Shown here piece after piece: positions 36,623-46,343 of a stretch of DNA of 64,000 nt. The translations under genes and the position numbers were made by a program. Below the pieces are notes generated by a model. It was not told the DNA's origin and searched no databases. It saw nothing but the letters and a program-made list of their open reading frames with translations. Source of the DNA: a virus (taxonomy: Duplodnaviria; Caudoviricetes); IMG/VR virus record IMGVR_UViG_3300021426_003004, positions 6,973 through 70,972 of that record. One strand, given 5' to 3'. Positions within the stretch are counted from its first letter, which is position 1. The number at the start of each line of letters is the position of its first letter.

Positions 36623-37897
36623 TCAGGGCATAATATGACGGAAAAGCTGATATACGATCTTTTTCACTTCTGGATCAGCAAAACCGGCATACCGGAACCG
36701 CATGGCATACAGCAAATAAGGGATGATGGCAAAGCAGAGGATTGTCTCGCTGTCAAAGGTAATCTTGGCATCCCCATGAATAATTTCATTACGTACTTTC
36801 TTAATCCGTTCTGCGACCTTTGGTATGTCATAGGTTATTTTATTATACGCGAAGAGTTCCTTAGCTACTTCGCTGATGCAAGGGTCATGATCAGTAAGCG
36901 CGGTTTCCAGCTTCAGCCGTAGCTCTGTTTGTTGCTTCTTGGCAGGGACCCCCTGCAGATATATCTGCTTGTATTCCCATTCGAATGCGCTAGAAAGAAG
37001 CAGGATTCTGCTGGCGGTCATCCGCCGGGAATCTACGCTGCTCTCTGGAATGTGCCACGTATAGATTGTGTTGTCAGATAGCCCTTGCAGGACGCTTTCG
37101 ACTCCGTCTGCTATAAGTTCGATCGGAATCAAAAAATGAAACTTGGTATTCTTATTGTTCTCTGCATGGATTTCGTTCAGCCATGGTGCATCGAAGATTC
37201 CGCTGGAGAAGCGACGTCCTTTATCTGTTTCAGTGTGGATTGTGACATTCCGGACGTTAACATTCTGCCTGTAGCAGAGATACTGAACAAACGCTTTTCC
37301 AATCCTTACGAGTTTCGTTATGATCTCAAAATCCTCAGTTTGCTTGAAGGAGAAGTGCAATACGCTCTGAATTGTTAACGGGTTATCGTCGTGATTGAAA
37401 TGCTGGGCATAATAGCAAACGGCAGAGACATCCACTCCATCACAGGAAAAATGCCAGATTCTGCTTGAATGGTTTTTGCCTACTGAAACTGCGTTGCTGT
37501 GTTCTTCATCAGGTTTGAAATCATAAGAATATGCTTGCCGCACAGGGAAAATGTAATTCAATTCGTCAATCTCAAAGGAGAGTGCGCAGATCCCGGGCTG
37601 GTTGTAATATTGCTTTTGGTATTCGATGAATTGTTGTACTGTCAGGATTTGCTCGTTGTTCCGAAAACTTATATGCCGAACATCAATGAAGGCAATTCGA
37701 TGCCCGTCAGGGAAGCAAGACCCCCAGATGACAGGGATTGTATTGCCATCCAGTATAGCTTTATAAAAATCACCTGTTGGAGTCATTGGCATTGCAGGGT
37801 CAACCGTGCGTTTTTCCCAGATTACCAGTTCATAATCACTAAAGCTGAACAGATACTCTTTTTCCTGATAATTCAGGAAGCCGTTAATCGTTTCCAT
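36623..37897 (-). CDS. ApeA-like HEPN-domain protein (predicted anti-phage RNase)
   Basis: 424 aa; beta-rich N-terminus; LLLSSAFEWEY helix and RNEIIH (RxxxxH) motif near the C-terminus. Confidence 0.7.
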   Translation of the reverse strand: METINGFLNYQEKEYLFSFSDYELVIWEKRTVDPAMPMTPTGDFYKAILDGNTIPVIWGSCFPDGHRIAFIDVRHISFRNNEQILTVQQFIEYQKQYYNQPGICALSFEIDELNYIFPVRQAYSYDFKPDEEHSNAVSVGKNHSSRIWHFSCDGVDVSAVCYYAQHFNHDDNPLTIQSVLHFSFKQTEDFEIITKLVRIGKAFVQYLCYRQNVNVRNVTIHTETDKGRRFSSGIFDAPWLNEIHAENNKNTKFHFLIPIELIADGVESVLQGLSDNTIYTWHIPESSVDSRRMTASRILLLSSAFEWEYKQIYLQGVPAKKQQTELRLKLETALTDHDPCISEVAKELFAYNKITYDIPKVAERIKKVRNEIIHGDAKITFDSETILCFAIIPYLLYAMRFRYAGFADPEVKKIVYQLFRHIMP

Positions 37898-37911
37898 TCT
37901 TTACGTCCTCC

Positions 37912-39291
37912 TTAAGGGGAAGGTTCAGCGTCCATGATGACGATATATCCTTCTGAAAACTCGCGGAAAGTCTGGTTAACATCGTCAACAACATCATGCA
38001 GTTCTTCGATAAGCACGCCTTCGACATACCGCCGCCGAAGCTCGGGTTTCTCAATCAGAACCCACTTCAGTTGAGAATAAGAATACTTCGCAAACGCGAT
38101 CCACTGTGGGTAATTTATGGCCATCGGATTCTTGGTGAAAAGCACCTTCCCGGCGTTAACTGCTGTTGCCGCAGTGTGGCCGATGAAAAGCATGGTGGCC
38201 AGTTTTGGATGCTTTTCCCTATTCAGCGAGATCGGAATCGAATCTTTTATTGCGTTTCCTTCCTTGATGCGCTTTATGGCATACCCGATCCGGACAATCA
38301 CTTCGGAGATCATGACAGGGATGGACATGGAGCAGAAATGAATAAAATCATAGCCCTCGTAATACATTCCCTGCACGATTTCCGCGATTGTCTGATGCTC
38401 ATCTCCGATATCGCCGAACTGGAATAGATTGAATAGCGCCATGAGGGGTGCCGGTAGCCCCATGTCGGTGTTGATATCGGTTTTCAGATGAAGGAATTGT
38501 TTGGCTATTGCTGCAAACAGGTTTGTTTCTCTGCGATCGGCATACCCCTCCACAACTTGGACGACCAGCTTGCCCTTTTTGTCTATCGTTGTCATGGTGC
38601 CTTTCATAATATCAAGGACGCCAACTATGAATCCAAGCAGTGGATCATGACCAAGTGAAAGCAGACGATGGTAATAAGCGGACAAGCCTTCGACATGTTC
38701 TTGCGTGTGCCGGTTGTCTTGAGCGTCATAAGGCGTCTTACTTTCATGCCTGACCGCCAGCTTATCCATTTCTTCCTTGGGATATTTCTTTTCGAAGTGT
38801 TCTCGTATGTAATCAGCCAGCTTTCCAGCTTTTAGTCCGCCGGGAGTCTTCTTCGGTATGCCAACGAGGAGGATGTCCATTGCTGCGCTGAGAAGACCGG
38901 CAACGACGCTGATGGTAACGTCAATAGCATCAAGCCTATGAACCATATCGTATTCACGGTTCAGTTGCCTGATGGCGAGAGTGTTCTCCGTCAATTCGTC
39001 GGCTGTGAACAGATCCTCCAGTTCGGTATGGGCATAGCAAGCCTGCTCTGCTTCTCTGCAGAGTTCTGCCCAGGAAGGGATGATCATAACCGGTTTCTCA
39101 GACGGAACCGCGATTTCCACCTTTTGCGGAGTGTACCCCAGCGATCGGAGCAGATCTTCCGATTCAGAGATCGATTTATCTACCTCAGCCGTATCCGGAA
39201 AGTGGATTTCCTTCAGCCGGTCGTCCTGATGCTTCAGCACGTCGTTAATCTGCTGTTCGGTTTCAGTATAACGATATTTTCCCATGCTCAT
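37912..39291 (-). CDS. Hypothetical 459-aa protein with YHRLLSLGHDP motif and hydrophobic segments
   Basis: 4-nt overlap with the upstream gene; hydrophobic stretches ISVVAGLLSAAMDILLV and PLLGFIVGVLDI. Confidence 0.8.
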   Translation of the reverse strand: MSMGKYRYTETEQQINDVLKHQDDRLKEIHFPDTAEVDKSISESEDLLRSLGYTPQKVEIAVPSEKPVMIIPSWAELCREAEQACYAHTELEDLFTADELTENTLAIRQLNREYDMVHRLDAIDVTISVVAGLLSAAMDILLVGIPKKTPGGLKAGKLADYIREHFEKKYPKEEMDKLAVRHESKTPYDAQDNRHTQEHVEGLSAYYHRLLSLGHDPLLGFIVGVLDIMKGTMTTIDKKGKLVVQVVEGYADRRETNLFAAIAKQFLHLKTDINTDMGLPAPLMALFNLFQFGDIGDEHQTIAEIVQGMYYEGYDFIHFCSMSIPVMISEVIVRIGYAIKRIKEGNAIKDSIPISLNREKHPKLATMLFIGHTAATAVNAGKVLFTKNPMAINYPQWIAFAKYSYSQLKWVLIEKPELRRRYVEGVLIEELHDVVDDVNQTFREFSEGYIVIMDAEPSP

Positions 39292-40667
39292 TTCCCCAGG
39301 TCTGCTTTCAGGTCATGGATGGCTCTTTGAAGTAAAACATTCAGGCTCTGCAGGTAGTCGATACGTTCCTTTGACGCATCGGCTTCTTCCTTCAGGGCTC
39401 TGATAATTGCCTCGTGTTTTTTGATGGCTTCCTTATACAACCGCTCCTTCTCTTGCTGGAACCTTTGGTTCCTAATGTGCGAAGCAATGCCATAACCTGC
39501 GGCACCAAGTGCAGCAACTGGGGCGGCCAGAACAAAGACTCCTGCTGCCATTCCTCCACCGACAAGAGCTCCAGCTGCCGCCAATGCGGAGGTAATTCCT
39601 GCTGCAGAAAGCCCAACAACGCCTAGCCCATACAAGGCGGCAAAGGAACCAACCCCACCAAGTCCAGCACCAATAACTGCTCCAAGGACATCGGCTATTG
39701 GACTGTCAGCAATTACTCTGTTCTTATCTTCAACAGCAACAGCAGCTTCATTCACGACATTCACTACGTGCTGGAGTGATTCGGTGTTCTTGAAATTGAT
39801 CTCCTTTTTTGAAGATTCTTTTTTATTCTCTCGTTTTACTGTGGAACTCTTTGGCTCTTTGGGACGGAACCCTTTATCTTCAACGATGCCATATTTTTCC
39901 TCGAAGTCCGTAACGATCTGAATCTGATCTGCGTCGAGATACTGTAAAGCCGTTTCTCTGATCTCCGGGGGTATCCCATAGAACGCTTCAGCAATACTGC
40001 CTGCCATAGCGGCAATTGTATCGCTATCGCCGCCAATGGAGATGGCGTTACGGATTGCATCCTCAAAAGAATCTGACTCGAGGAATGCCTGTATTGCCTG
40101 AGGTACGCTTCCCTGGCATGACACATCAAAGCCGTACTTGGCCCGGATAGAGTGAAGGGTAAAGCTCAGCGGATAGTAGTTCTCTTCGATATGCTTCTTT
40201 ATTTCTTCCTTTTTTGCTCCATTCCGTGCCAGATACACTGCAGCAGTGATGGCGCGGGCACCTTTCATTCCTTCAGGGTGATTATGGGTCACTGCCGTAA
40301 CCTTGTCTGACAGGCGGAGGGCGTTTTCTAAGGATGCACCTGCCCATCCACAGGGGGATACTCTCATCCCGGCACCATTGCCCCAGCTGTTATATGGATG
40401 CGGGTCCGAAGAATGAATCCAAGCCAGAAAGCGTCCGCCATATCCGTATGGATATCTTCTCCCCAGGTCTCTCATGGAAATCACAGCGTTTGCGGGCAAT
40501 TGGGACCAATTGTTGCCGCACTTCAGTATTCCCTGCGCGATTGCCAACGTCATGGTGCTGTCGTCGGTTGGTCTGCAGCCCTCTGCAAAAAGCTCAAACG
40601 ATTTGTCCTTGTGATTATCGTGCTCAAATCGTGAACCTACGATATCGCCTATAATTGCACCTAACAC
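39288..40667 (-). CDS. ADP-ribosylglycohydrolase (DraG/ARH) fused to a glycine-zipper TM plus coiled-coil domain
   Basis: GAIIGDIVG, PTDDS, SWGNGAGMR, THNHPEG, GGDSDTIAAMAG; C-terminal GAGLGGVG..AAAGALVGGGMAAG and a charged coil. Confidence 0.88.
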   Translation of the reverse strand: MLGAIIGDIVGSRFEHDNHKDKSFELFAEGCRPTDDSTMTLAIAQGILKCGNNWSQLPANAVISMRDLGRRYPYGYGGRFLAWIHSSDPHPYNSWGNGAGMRVSPCGWAGASLENALRLSDKVTAVTHNHPEGMKGARAITAAVYLARNGAKKEEIKKHIEENYYPLSFTLHSIRAKYGFDVSCQGSVPQAIQAFLESDSFEDAIRNAISIGGDSDTIAAMAGSIAEAFYGIPPEIRETALQYLDADQIQIVTDFEEKYGIVEDKGFRPKEPKSSTVKRENKKESSKKEINFKNTESLQHVVNVVNEAAVAVEDKNRVIADSPIADVLGAVIGAGLGGVGSFAALYGLGVVGLSAAGITSALAAAGALVGGGMAAGVFVLAAPVAALGAAGYGIASHIRNQRFQQEKERLYKEAIKKHEAIIRALKEEADASKERIDYLQSLNVLLQRAIHDLKADLGK

Positions 40668-40669
40668 AG

Positions 40670-42649
40670 TTAATTCTCACCTCCAGCGTTCAGTAGAGCT
40701 AGGAGGCCATTTGCCTCTTCAATGATCTTTTTGATATCGAATGGAGACATGCTGAGGAATTTATGTGGCTCGCCCCACGTAGCGGCTATGGTTTCTGCAG
40801 CGGGTTGAAGCAGATGATAAATTGTATTCTGTGTTTCGGAATCAGAAATGCTCTTAGCGGCATGATAGATGCTCTGGAATGCAGCAGGTTCAGCAAAAAG
40901 GTTTTTCTGGGTTTCAACGGCAAGCTGTGTCATTTCCGCATTGTCCGATCTCAGGGTATAGCACAGCAAAGGCAAAGCAGCACAATGGGACACCTTCAGA
41001 TTGTGCCGTTCCTCTGGTGAATAGCTGGACTGGCCGTGCCACTCTCCATCGTCCTCAAAGTGAAGGTTTGTTAACAGGCAACGCAGAAGCTTGGCTGATT
41101 CATCTGTTTCATTTTTAAGTATGCTGATAATTGCTGCCATTTGCTTCTCGTCCGGGACAGCATGCAATTCCACCAACAGATAGTACAATCCATCGCAGTC
41201 CTGGTGTTTAACGCACTCGTTTATGCTATGGGTCAGGAAGATCTGATACGCACGCTCGTCTTTGAACAGCACACCGACTTTGTAGAACTCAGTCCATGCG
41301 GATGAGTAGCAAGACGTGTTTTCCAAGTGGAAATAGGCCCAATGCGGTATGCAAGGATACCCTTGCTCAACATAGATCTTCATCAGCTTTATATCGCCGG
41401 TGCTCAGAAGCCATCTGACGGTATCCGCATATTGAAAATCCTTTTGATTAAGCTGAGTGAGAATCTTTTTTACGAGAGAAATTTCACCGGACTTATAAAG
41501 GACATCAAGTGCAGTGTCATGCCATGAAACAGTATCCTTATACTTTAGTAGTTTCTTCATGGTTTCCGGGTCAAGGTTTTTAGCTGTTTCATCAATGATA
41601 AAGAACGGTGTGCCAGCATTAAGAAGCTTGAAGGCATAATCTGGCCGATTGGCTCTGAATGCCTGACCAACGAGGTACTCGTTCCAGAAACTTTTAGGAT
41701 TAAAGCCAGATTTCAAGCATAATGCAAAGACCGAGTCAAGGCCGCTGTCAATGACGAAAGACATGATCCCCTGATTCTTTCCATTGACCATAACTGCACG
41801 GTTGACATCAGCGCCGTTCTTCAGCAGGTATTCTGCCATTGCGATATCTTTTCGGCTGATTGCATTAAACAGAGCTTGAACCAGATCATCGGGTTGCAGC
41901 GAAGAACGGGGAATATGACGCAATTCGCGCTGTACCGTTTTAATATCACCATTTTCAGCAGCAAGATTGATAGTCTGAAGTCGGTTGCTCTTTTCTGCAC
42001 CTGTTAGACGACTCTGAGCTTCTGTTACCAGCTGATCGTAATGATAATAGGTTGTGGCATCAACCATAGAGAACAACGCCAATAATGGTTCGGCATCTTC
42101 TGCTTTCAAATACCGTGGATTTGCTTGCCAGAATTCCTTACGGGTCAGGATATCAAGATAGGCATGCGAGATATCAATAGCTTTTGCAATTCGCGCACAG
42201 GAGATGGAGGACTCGTTTCCTTTCTTATCAGCGAAGGTGATGGCTCTTTTCGTAACCTTTGTGACCTTCCATCCGCCCGGCAACTTTTCGCCATCAGCTT
42301 TTTTGATTAGCTGATCCAGTTCTTCTTCTGCTGTGCTGATTGTGCAGAGCGAGAGGGCGCTGGCGAGTTTCTTTTCATCGAAAGGCGTCAGTTCAGCATC
42401 CCGGGTTACCGGTTTTCCGTGGCCCTGTGTAAGGTCGTACACTTTGTAGTACTTCATATCATTTACACGGCCATTTTCGTCAAGGAATACCTGCAGATTC
42501 ACGCGAACGTTGGTATTGTAATTGTCATCATATGGGTAATACCCGTTTCCGGAGAAATACTCCGAAAAATGCTCGTTCGTCTTCCTATAATAAAATGGCG
42601 CGAACCAGCCATCTCCCATTTCAAAAGAAGCCAAGTCCAACTTTGCCAT
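40670..42649 (-). CDS. Ankyrin-repeat-containing protein (659 aa)
   Basis: LAAENGDIKTV, ALFNAISRKDIAMAEYLLKNGADVN and further degenerate repeats. Confidence 0.7.
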   Translation of the reverse strand: MAKLDLASFEMGDGWFAPFYYRKTNEHFSEYFSGNGYYPYDDNYNTNVRVNLQVFLDENGRVNDMKYYKVYDLTQGHGKPVTRDAELTPFDEKKLASALSLCTISTAEEELDQLIKKADGEKLPGGWKVTKVTKRAITFADKKGNESSISCARIAKAIDISHAYLDILTRKEFWQANPRYLKAEDAEPLLALFSMVDATTYYHYDQLVTEAQSRLTGAEKSNRLQTINLAAENGDIKTVQRELRHIPRSSLQPDDLVQALFNAISRKDIAMAEYLLKNGADVNRAVMVNGKNQGIMSFVIDSGLDSVFALCLKSGFNPKSFWNEYLVGQAFRANRPDYAFKLLNAGTPFFIIDETAKNLDPETMKKLLKYKDTVSWHDTALDVLYKSGEISLVKKILTQLNQKDFQYADTVRWLLSTGDIKLMKIYVEQGYPCIPHWAYFHLENTSCYSSAWTEFYKVGVLFKDERAYQIFLTHSINECVKHQDCDGLYYLLVELHAVPDEKQMAAIISILKNETDESAKLLRCLLTNLHFEDDGEWHGQSSYSPEERHNLKVSHCAALPLLCYTLRSDNAEMTQLAVETQKNLFAEPAAFQSIYHAAKSISDSETQNTIYHLLQPAAETIAATWGEPHKFLSMSPFDIKKIIEEANGLLALLNAGGEN

Positions 42650-42683
42650 GGTTTGACCCTGCCTTTCTCGTCTGTTTACTACG

Positions 42684-42989
42684 TTAGCTTTTTGGCCCTA
42701 ACTCAGCACGCTGGTTGCTGGCAACATAAGTGGCGATCTGCCGGACATGAGTGTTCAACGTCTTCAGGTCGTCATTCCAGCAGGATTCCTCAACCATAGC
42801 CATAGCATTGCCCATCAGGTAGGATGCAGCTGTGTCTGCTATGACATGGAAGTCCTCCAGCTGTTGTGCCAGTGTGTTTTCCTGATTCTTACCGTAGGTC
42901 TTGTTGATATAAGCCTGGATCTCGTTTGCAGCCAGATCATATATCTTCTCAGCGACGGCAGTCAGTTCTGCTTGATGCTTCTTGGTCAT
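42684..42989 (-). CDS. Hypothetical helical protein (101 aa)
   Basis: RBS GGGAG; 4-nt overlap with the SLOG gene. Confidence 0.65.
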   Translation of the reverse strand: MTKKHQAELTAVAEKIYDLAANEIQAYINKTYGKNQENTLAQQLEDFHVIADTAASYLMGNAMAMVEESCWNDDLKTLNTHVRQIATYVASNQRAELGPKS

Positions 42990-43564
42990 TCTGCGATCTC
43001 CCTTATGCTTTCTGCGATTTCGCCAGGTTCCTCTTCTTTTGACTTCCGTTTTCTTTTGGGTTTTGGTTCATAGTTTGGGTTGTTCGTGATAACTTCAATA
43101 CCTTTACCAACAGCATAGTCAATTGTGTTCTTTGTGCCGCCGGGAGCTCCGTTGAAATATGCAATCACACGGTTGCTGTGATTGACCATCCATTCATTCC
43201 TCTGCTGGAATACTCCCTTGTGATAGTGATTGCAGACGGGTACAACCAGATCGGCATTCTTCAGGAGATCACTGTATTGTACCTGCCAGTCAAGGCTCCA
43301 TCTGTTTGAGAAACCAGGCCACGGGGTTGCTGCGATCAAGTGTAGAGACTGGTTGTCAGCTTTTCGCTGCAGAACAATCTGCCCGGCCCAAATATCAACA
43401 CCCATCGCGCAGCCGGAAATGAAGGTTGTATACCCGGCGGCAATGGCGCTGTCGATCTGCTCCGATAGCCATTTTTTCACATTTTCTTCCGATTCATCCA
43501 GCTTCTCTGGGCGATGGCCGGAGAAGCAGCATCGATGAAGACGCTTTTCCTCTTCCGTTGCCAA
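42986..43564 (-). CDS. SLOG-superfamily (YspA/DUF1273-like) protein
   Basis: CCFSGHRP, FISGCAMGVD, QRNEWMVNHS, GGTKNTIDYA. Confidence 0.88.
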   Translation of the reverse strand: MATEEEKRLHRCCFSGHRPEKLDESEENVKKWLSEQIDSAIAAGYTTFISGCAMGVDIWAGQIVLQRKADNQSLHLIAATPWPGFSNRWSLDWQVQYSDLLKNADLVVPVCNHYHKGVFQQRNEWMVNHSNRVIAYFNGAPGGTKNTIDYAVGKGIEVITNNPNYEPKPKRKRKSKEEEPGEIAESIREIAE

Positions 43565-43611
43565 GGGTCAAACCTCCTTCCTCAATCGAGTTAACGGGCT
43601 CAAGTGCCCAT

Positions 43612-43640
43612 ATTATAAGGTATTTTGTCCTTTTTGTCAC
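43612..43640 (-). promoter_or_regulatory. SigmaA-like promoter for the SLOG-to-HEPN operon
   Basis: Minus strand GTGACA, 17-nt spacer, TATAAT. Confidence 0.65.
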
Positions 43641-43710
43641 GTTATCCACAGGGACCACATGAGCCCCAAAACGCAAAAAAGATGCGCCGCCGAAGCGACG
43701 CATAAGAAGT

Positions 43711-45699
43711 CTACTGCTTCTGATAGAAAGGGCATTGGTAACCATCGGCACGAAGATCAATCCCGGGGAGCCAGGGAGGGGTTCGGCCCATTTGCTCACA
43801 GATAGCATCTAAGGAGACCTCCGGGCTGCACTCGATGATCAGTTCGTCGTGAACGTGGCCGACGATCGAACAATAGGACAAGGTCTTCATGGCATAGGCC
43901 AGAATGTCCCGGGAGATTGCCTGGACTATGTTTTCGACGAATTTCGGGCCGTAAGATTCAATCCGGCTCCACTTTTTGTTAGCATCGATCCCCATGTAGG
44001 TGACGGATTCGCCGCCGAATTGGTTCTCACCGATTCGCGGTTTCACATAAGCCAGCCGCCTGCCGGAGGGCAAGTTGATGAACAGCATCCCGTTTCTGGC
44101 GATAAAGGATACGTTGCCGACTCTCGTTTCAGCGTGTTTCTGGATGGTTTCCTTTACGGCTTCATCCACGTCCCACCAGTACCGAACGATGTGCGGATTC
44201 GACTCCCGCCACATGGTGACCAGCGGTTGAAGCTCGTCTTCAGAAAGGCCCATCTCGATGGCTCCCATGGCTTTCAAGGCACCGACGGAGCCGCCGTAAC
44301 CCAAAGCCAACTCTGCGATTTTGCCTTTCTGGCGGAGATGAGAGTTCTGACCGTGCTTCTCAACCGGCACCTTGAACATCTGGCTGGCGGAGGCACAGTA
44401 AATGTCGCCGCCGGTGCGGAAAACTTCTGCTCGCCATTTCTCACCGGCAAGGTGGCTGAGCACCCGAGCTTCGATCGCGGAAAAGTCTGAAACGATGAAC
44501 TTATACCCTGGCCGGGGAACGAAGGCAGTTCTGATCAATTCGGAAAGGACACCCGGCACAGAATCATACAGCCTATCCAGCATGTCAAAGTCACCCTGCT
44601 TCACGAGATCCCGTGCCTGCTCCAGGTCGGGCATGTGGTTTTGCGGCAAGTTCTGCAACTGAATCAGCCGTCCAGCCCAGCGGCCAGTTCGATTCGCGCC
44701 GTAGAATTGATAAAGCCCGTGGCAGCGGCCATCGAAACATACACAGTTCTGCATAGCCTCATATTTCCGGACAGAGCTTTTTGCCAGCTGCAGCCGGAGC
44801 TCCAGCACCTCTGTAAGATCTTCCGGCGCTGTCTGAATCAGCGCCTTTACATCCTTCTTTCCGAGGCTTTCGGTTTCCAATCCGTTCTCGGCGAGATAAT
44901 CCTTCATCTGCATGACGGAGTTCGGATTCGACAAGCCAGTGATCTGCTGCAGGCGGGCGGTCAGGCTGCATTTGGATATCTCGTCAATCCGGAGCGCCTG
45001 CGATACCATTTCCTGATCTACCATGATCCCCCGGTCGTTGATCTGCTGATCCAAATGGTATTCTTCCCAGAGAGAATCCGGAACCGGATACTTGCTGAGC
45101 CGTTCCTGAATCTGCAGTTCCACCTGAACGTCGCGGGCGTTGTATTTCTTGAACAATTCCCATTTTTCCGGAGCATGATACGGAAGGTTCCACGTGCGTC
45201 CGCCATTCGCCTTCGTCGGCTTGCAGGGACAGCAAAAATATTTGATCAGTTCTTTGCCTTCCTTTAGCTTCTGTTCTTCAAAACCAAGCACAGCACCAAC
45301 ACGATCTAGCCCCAGAGGCAGACCGTTGTATGCCGCCCAAACCAGGGTGCACTTCCATCCAGCAGGATCCAGGTATTCCTGAACCGGGTCACCTTCAGTA
45401 CCGTAGGATTTGAAGTGCTCTGGGTGATAACGCTTCAGCCATTCGGAAAGACAGATCCTTTCGAAGGAAGCGTTATAAGCAAATTTCGTCACATTGTTAT
45501 CCGATAACGCAGCCAGAATATCGTCCGGGATGGTATCGTTATTGGCAAGATCATATACTTCGACTGGGCCGTGATTTACGGACACTCCGAACAAAAGCAC
45601 ATCAAAATCAGGATCTTCGGCGTAGCGGTACAATCCGGCCTTTGCGATATCAGCACTGGACCGGGTTTCGAGATCGATGCTGAGCGTTTTTATGTCCAT
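43711..45699 (-). CDS. Phage family A DNA polymerase (3'-5' exonuclease + polymerase)
   Basis: SIDLET, YNASFER, YNARD, DFSAIEAR (motif A), RQKGKIAELALGYG (B), HVHDE (C). Confidence 0.95.
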   Translation of the reverse strand: MDIKTLSIDLETRSSADIAKAGLYRYAEDPDFDVLLFGVSVNHGPVEVYDLANNDTIPDDILAALSDNNVTKFAYNASFERICLSEWLKRYHPEHFKSYGTEGDPVQEYLDPAGWKCTLVWAAYNGLPLGLDRVGAVLGFEEQKLKEGKELIKYFCCPCKPTKANGGRTWNLPYHAPEKWELFKKYNARDVQVELQIQERLSKYPVPDSLWEEYHLDQQINDRGIMVDQEMVSQALRIDEISKCSLTARLQQITGLSNPNSVMQMKDYLAENGLETESLGKKDVKALIQTAPEDLTEVLELRLQLAKSSVRKYEAMQNCVCFDGRCHGLYQFYGANRTGRWAGRLIQLQNLPQNHMPDLEQARDLVKQGDFDMLDRLYDSVPGVLSELIRTAFVPRPGYKFIVSDFSAIEARVLSHLAGEKWRAEVFRTGGDIYCASASQMFKVPVEKHGQNSHLRQKGKIAELALGYGGSVGALKAMGAIEMGLSEDELQPLVTMWRESNPHIVRYWWDVDEAVKETIQKHAETRVGNVSFIARNGMLFINLPSGRRLAYVKPRIGENQFGGESVTYMGIDANKKWSRIESYGPKFVENIVQAISRDILAYAMKTLSYCSIVGHVHDELIIECSPEVSLDAICEQMGRTPPWLPGIDLRADGYQCPFYQKQ

Positions 45700-45729
45700 G
45701 CGATCAACTCCTCACAAACAAAAATAAAC

Positions 45730-45755
45730 GGGGTGACGGTGTTACCCGCCACCCC
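45730..45755 (-). terminator. Hairpin/terminator between DUF2815 and pol
   Basis: GGGGTGACGG..CCGCCACCCC, with a T-rich tail on the minus strand. Confidence 0.5.
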
Positions 45756-45765
45756 AGTGAACCGA

Positions 45766-46338
45766 TCAGGACAGGAAGTCTTCGTCGTCATCGTCGTCGG
45801 CGAAGTCATCCTCAGGCCTGCTGTGTCCGCCCAGGGGCGTACCGTCAGCCAGCTTCTGGATGTTGTTCAGGCCGCAGGCGATGCCGCGATTGCCGTTGCT
45901 GTTGAACGCGTAAAAATTGATCGATGCCCGCCCGATGATGCCGGAGTACAGCTCCGAGGTGTCCAGGATGTCCTGCTTGTTGGCATCGACGACACCGGGC
46001 TTCGTGGTCGAATTTGCATTCACGAAGTAGCTGTTCTTGTAGGCTTCGTCGCCTTTGCGGTCCTTATCACCGTCGCGGAGCGGCGTCTTCAGGTCTTCCA
46101 GCGCCGGGACAACCTTGCTGTTACCCTTCAGCTTGGACTGGCCTTCCTCGTAGGCGGCCTTGATGGCAACCTTGATCTTCTCGATGGTGACCGTGTCGCT
46201 CTTGGGAATGATGATGCTCACCGAATACTTCGGGGTGCCGCCGCCCAGCGGGGTCTTGGGTTCGTTGACATTCAGGTAGGACATGATGCATTTTTTGCCC
46301 GTGACAACTTTGCACGGATTCTTGGCGATAGTGTTCAT
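45766..46338 (-). CDS. DUF2815 phage single-stranded DNA-binding protein (T7 gp2.5-like)
   Basis: KYSVSIIIPK, PLRDGD, FYAFNSNGNRGIACGLNNIQK, acidic tail DDFADDDDDEDFLS. Confidence 0.9.
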   Translation of the reverse strand: MNTIAKNPCKVVTGKKCIMSYLNVNEPKTPLGGGTPKYSVSIIIPKSDTVTIEKIKVAIKAAYEEGQSKLKGNSKVVPALEDLKTPLRDGDKDRKGDEAYKNSYFVNANSTTKPGVVDANKQDILDTSELYSGIIGRASINFYAFNSNGNRGIACGLNNIQKLADGTPLGGHSRPEDDFADDDDDEDFLS

Positions 46339-46343
46339 AATAC

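Noticed and set aside
43642-43650. Perfect DnaA box TTATCCACA next to the SLOG operon -35
   Set aside because: A single 9-mer is expected about 0.5 times by chance in 64 kb on two strands; no cluster.
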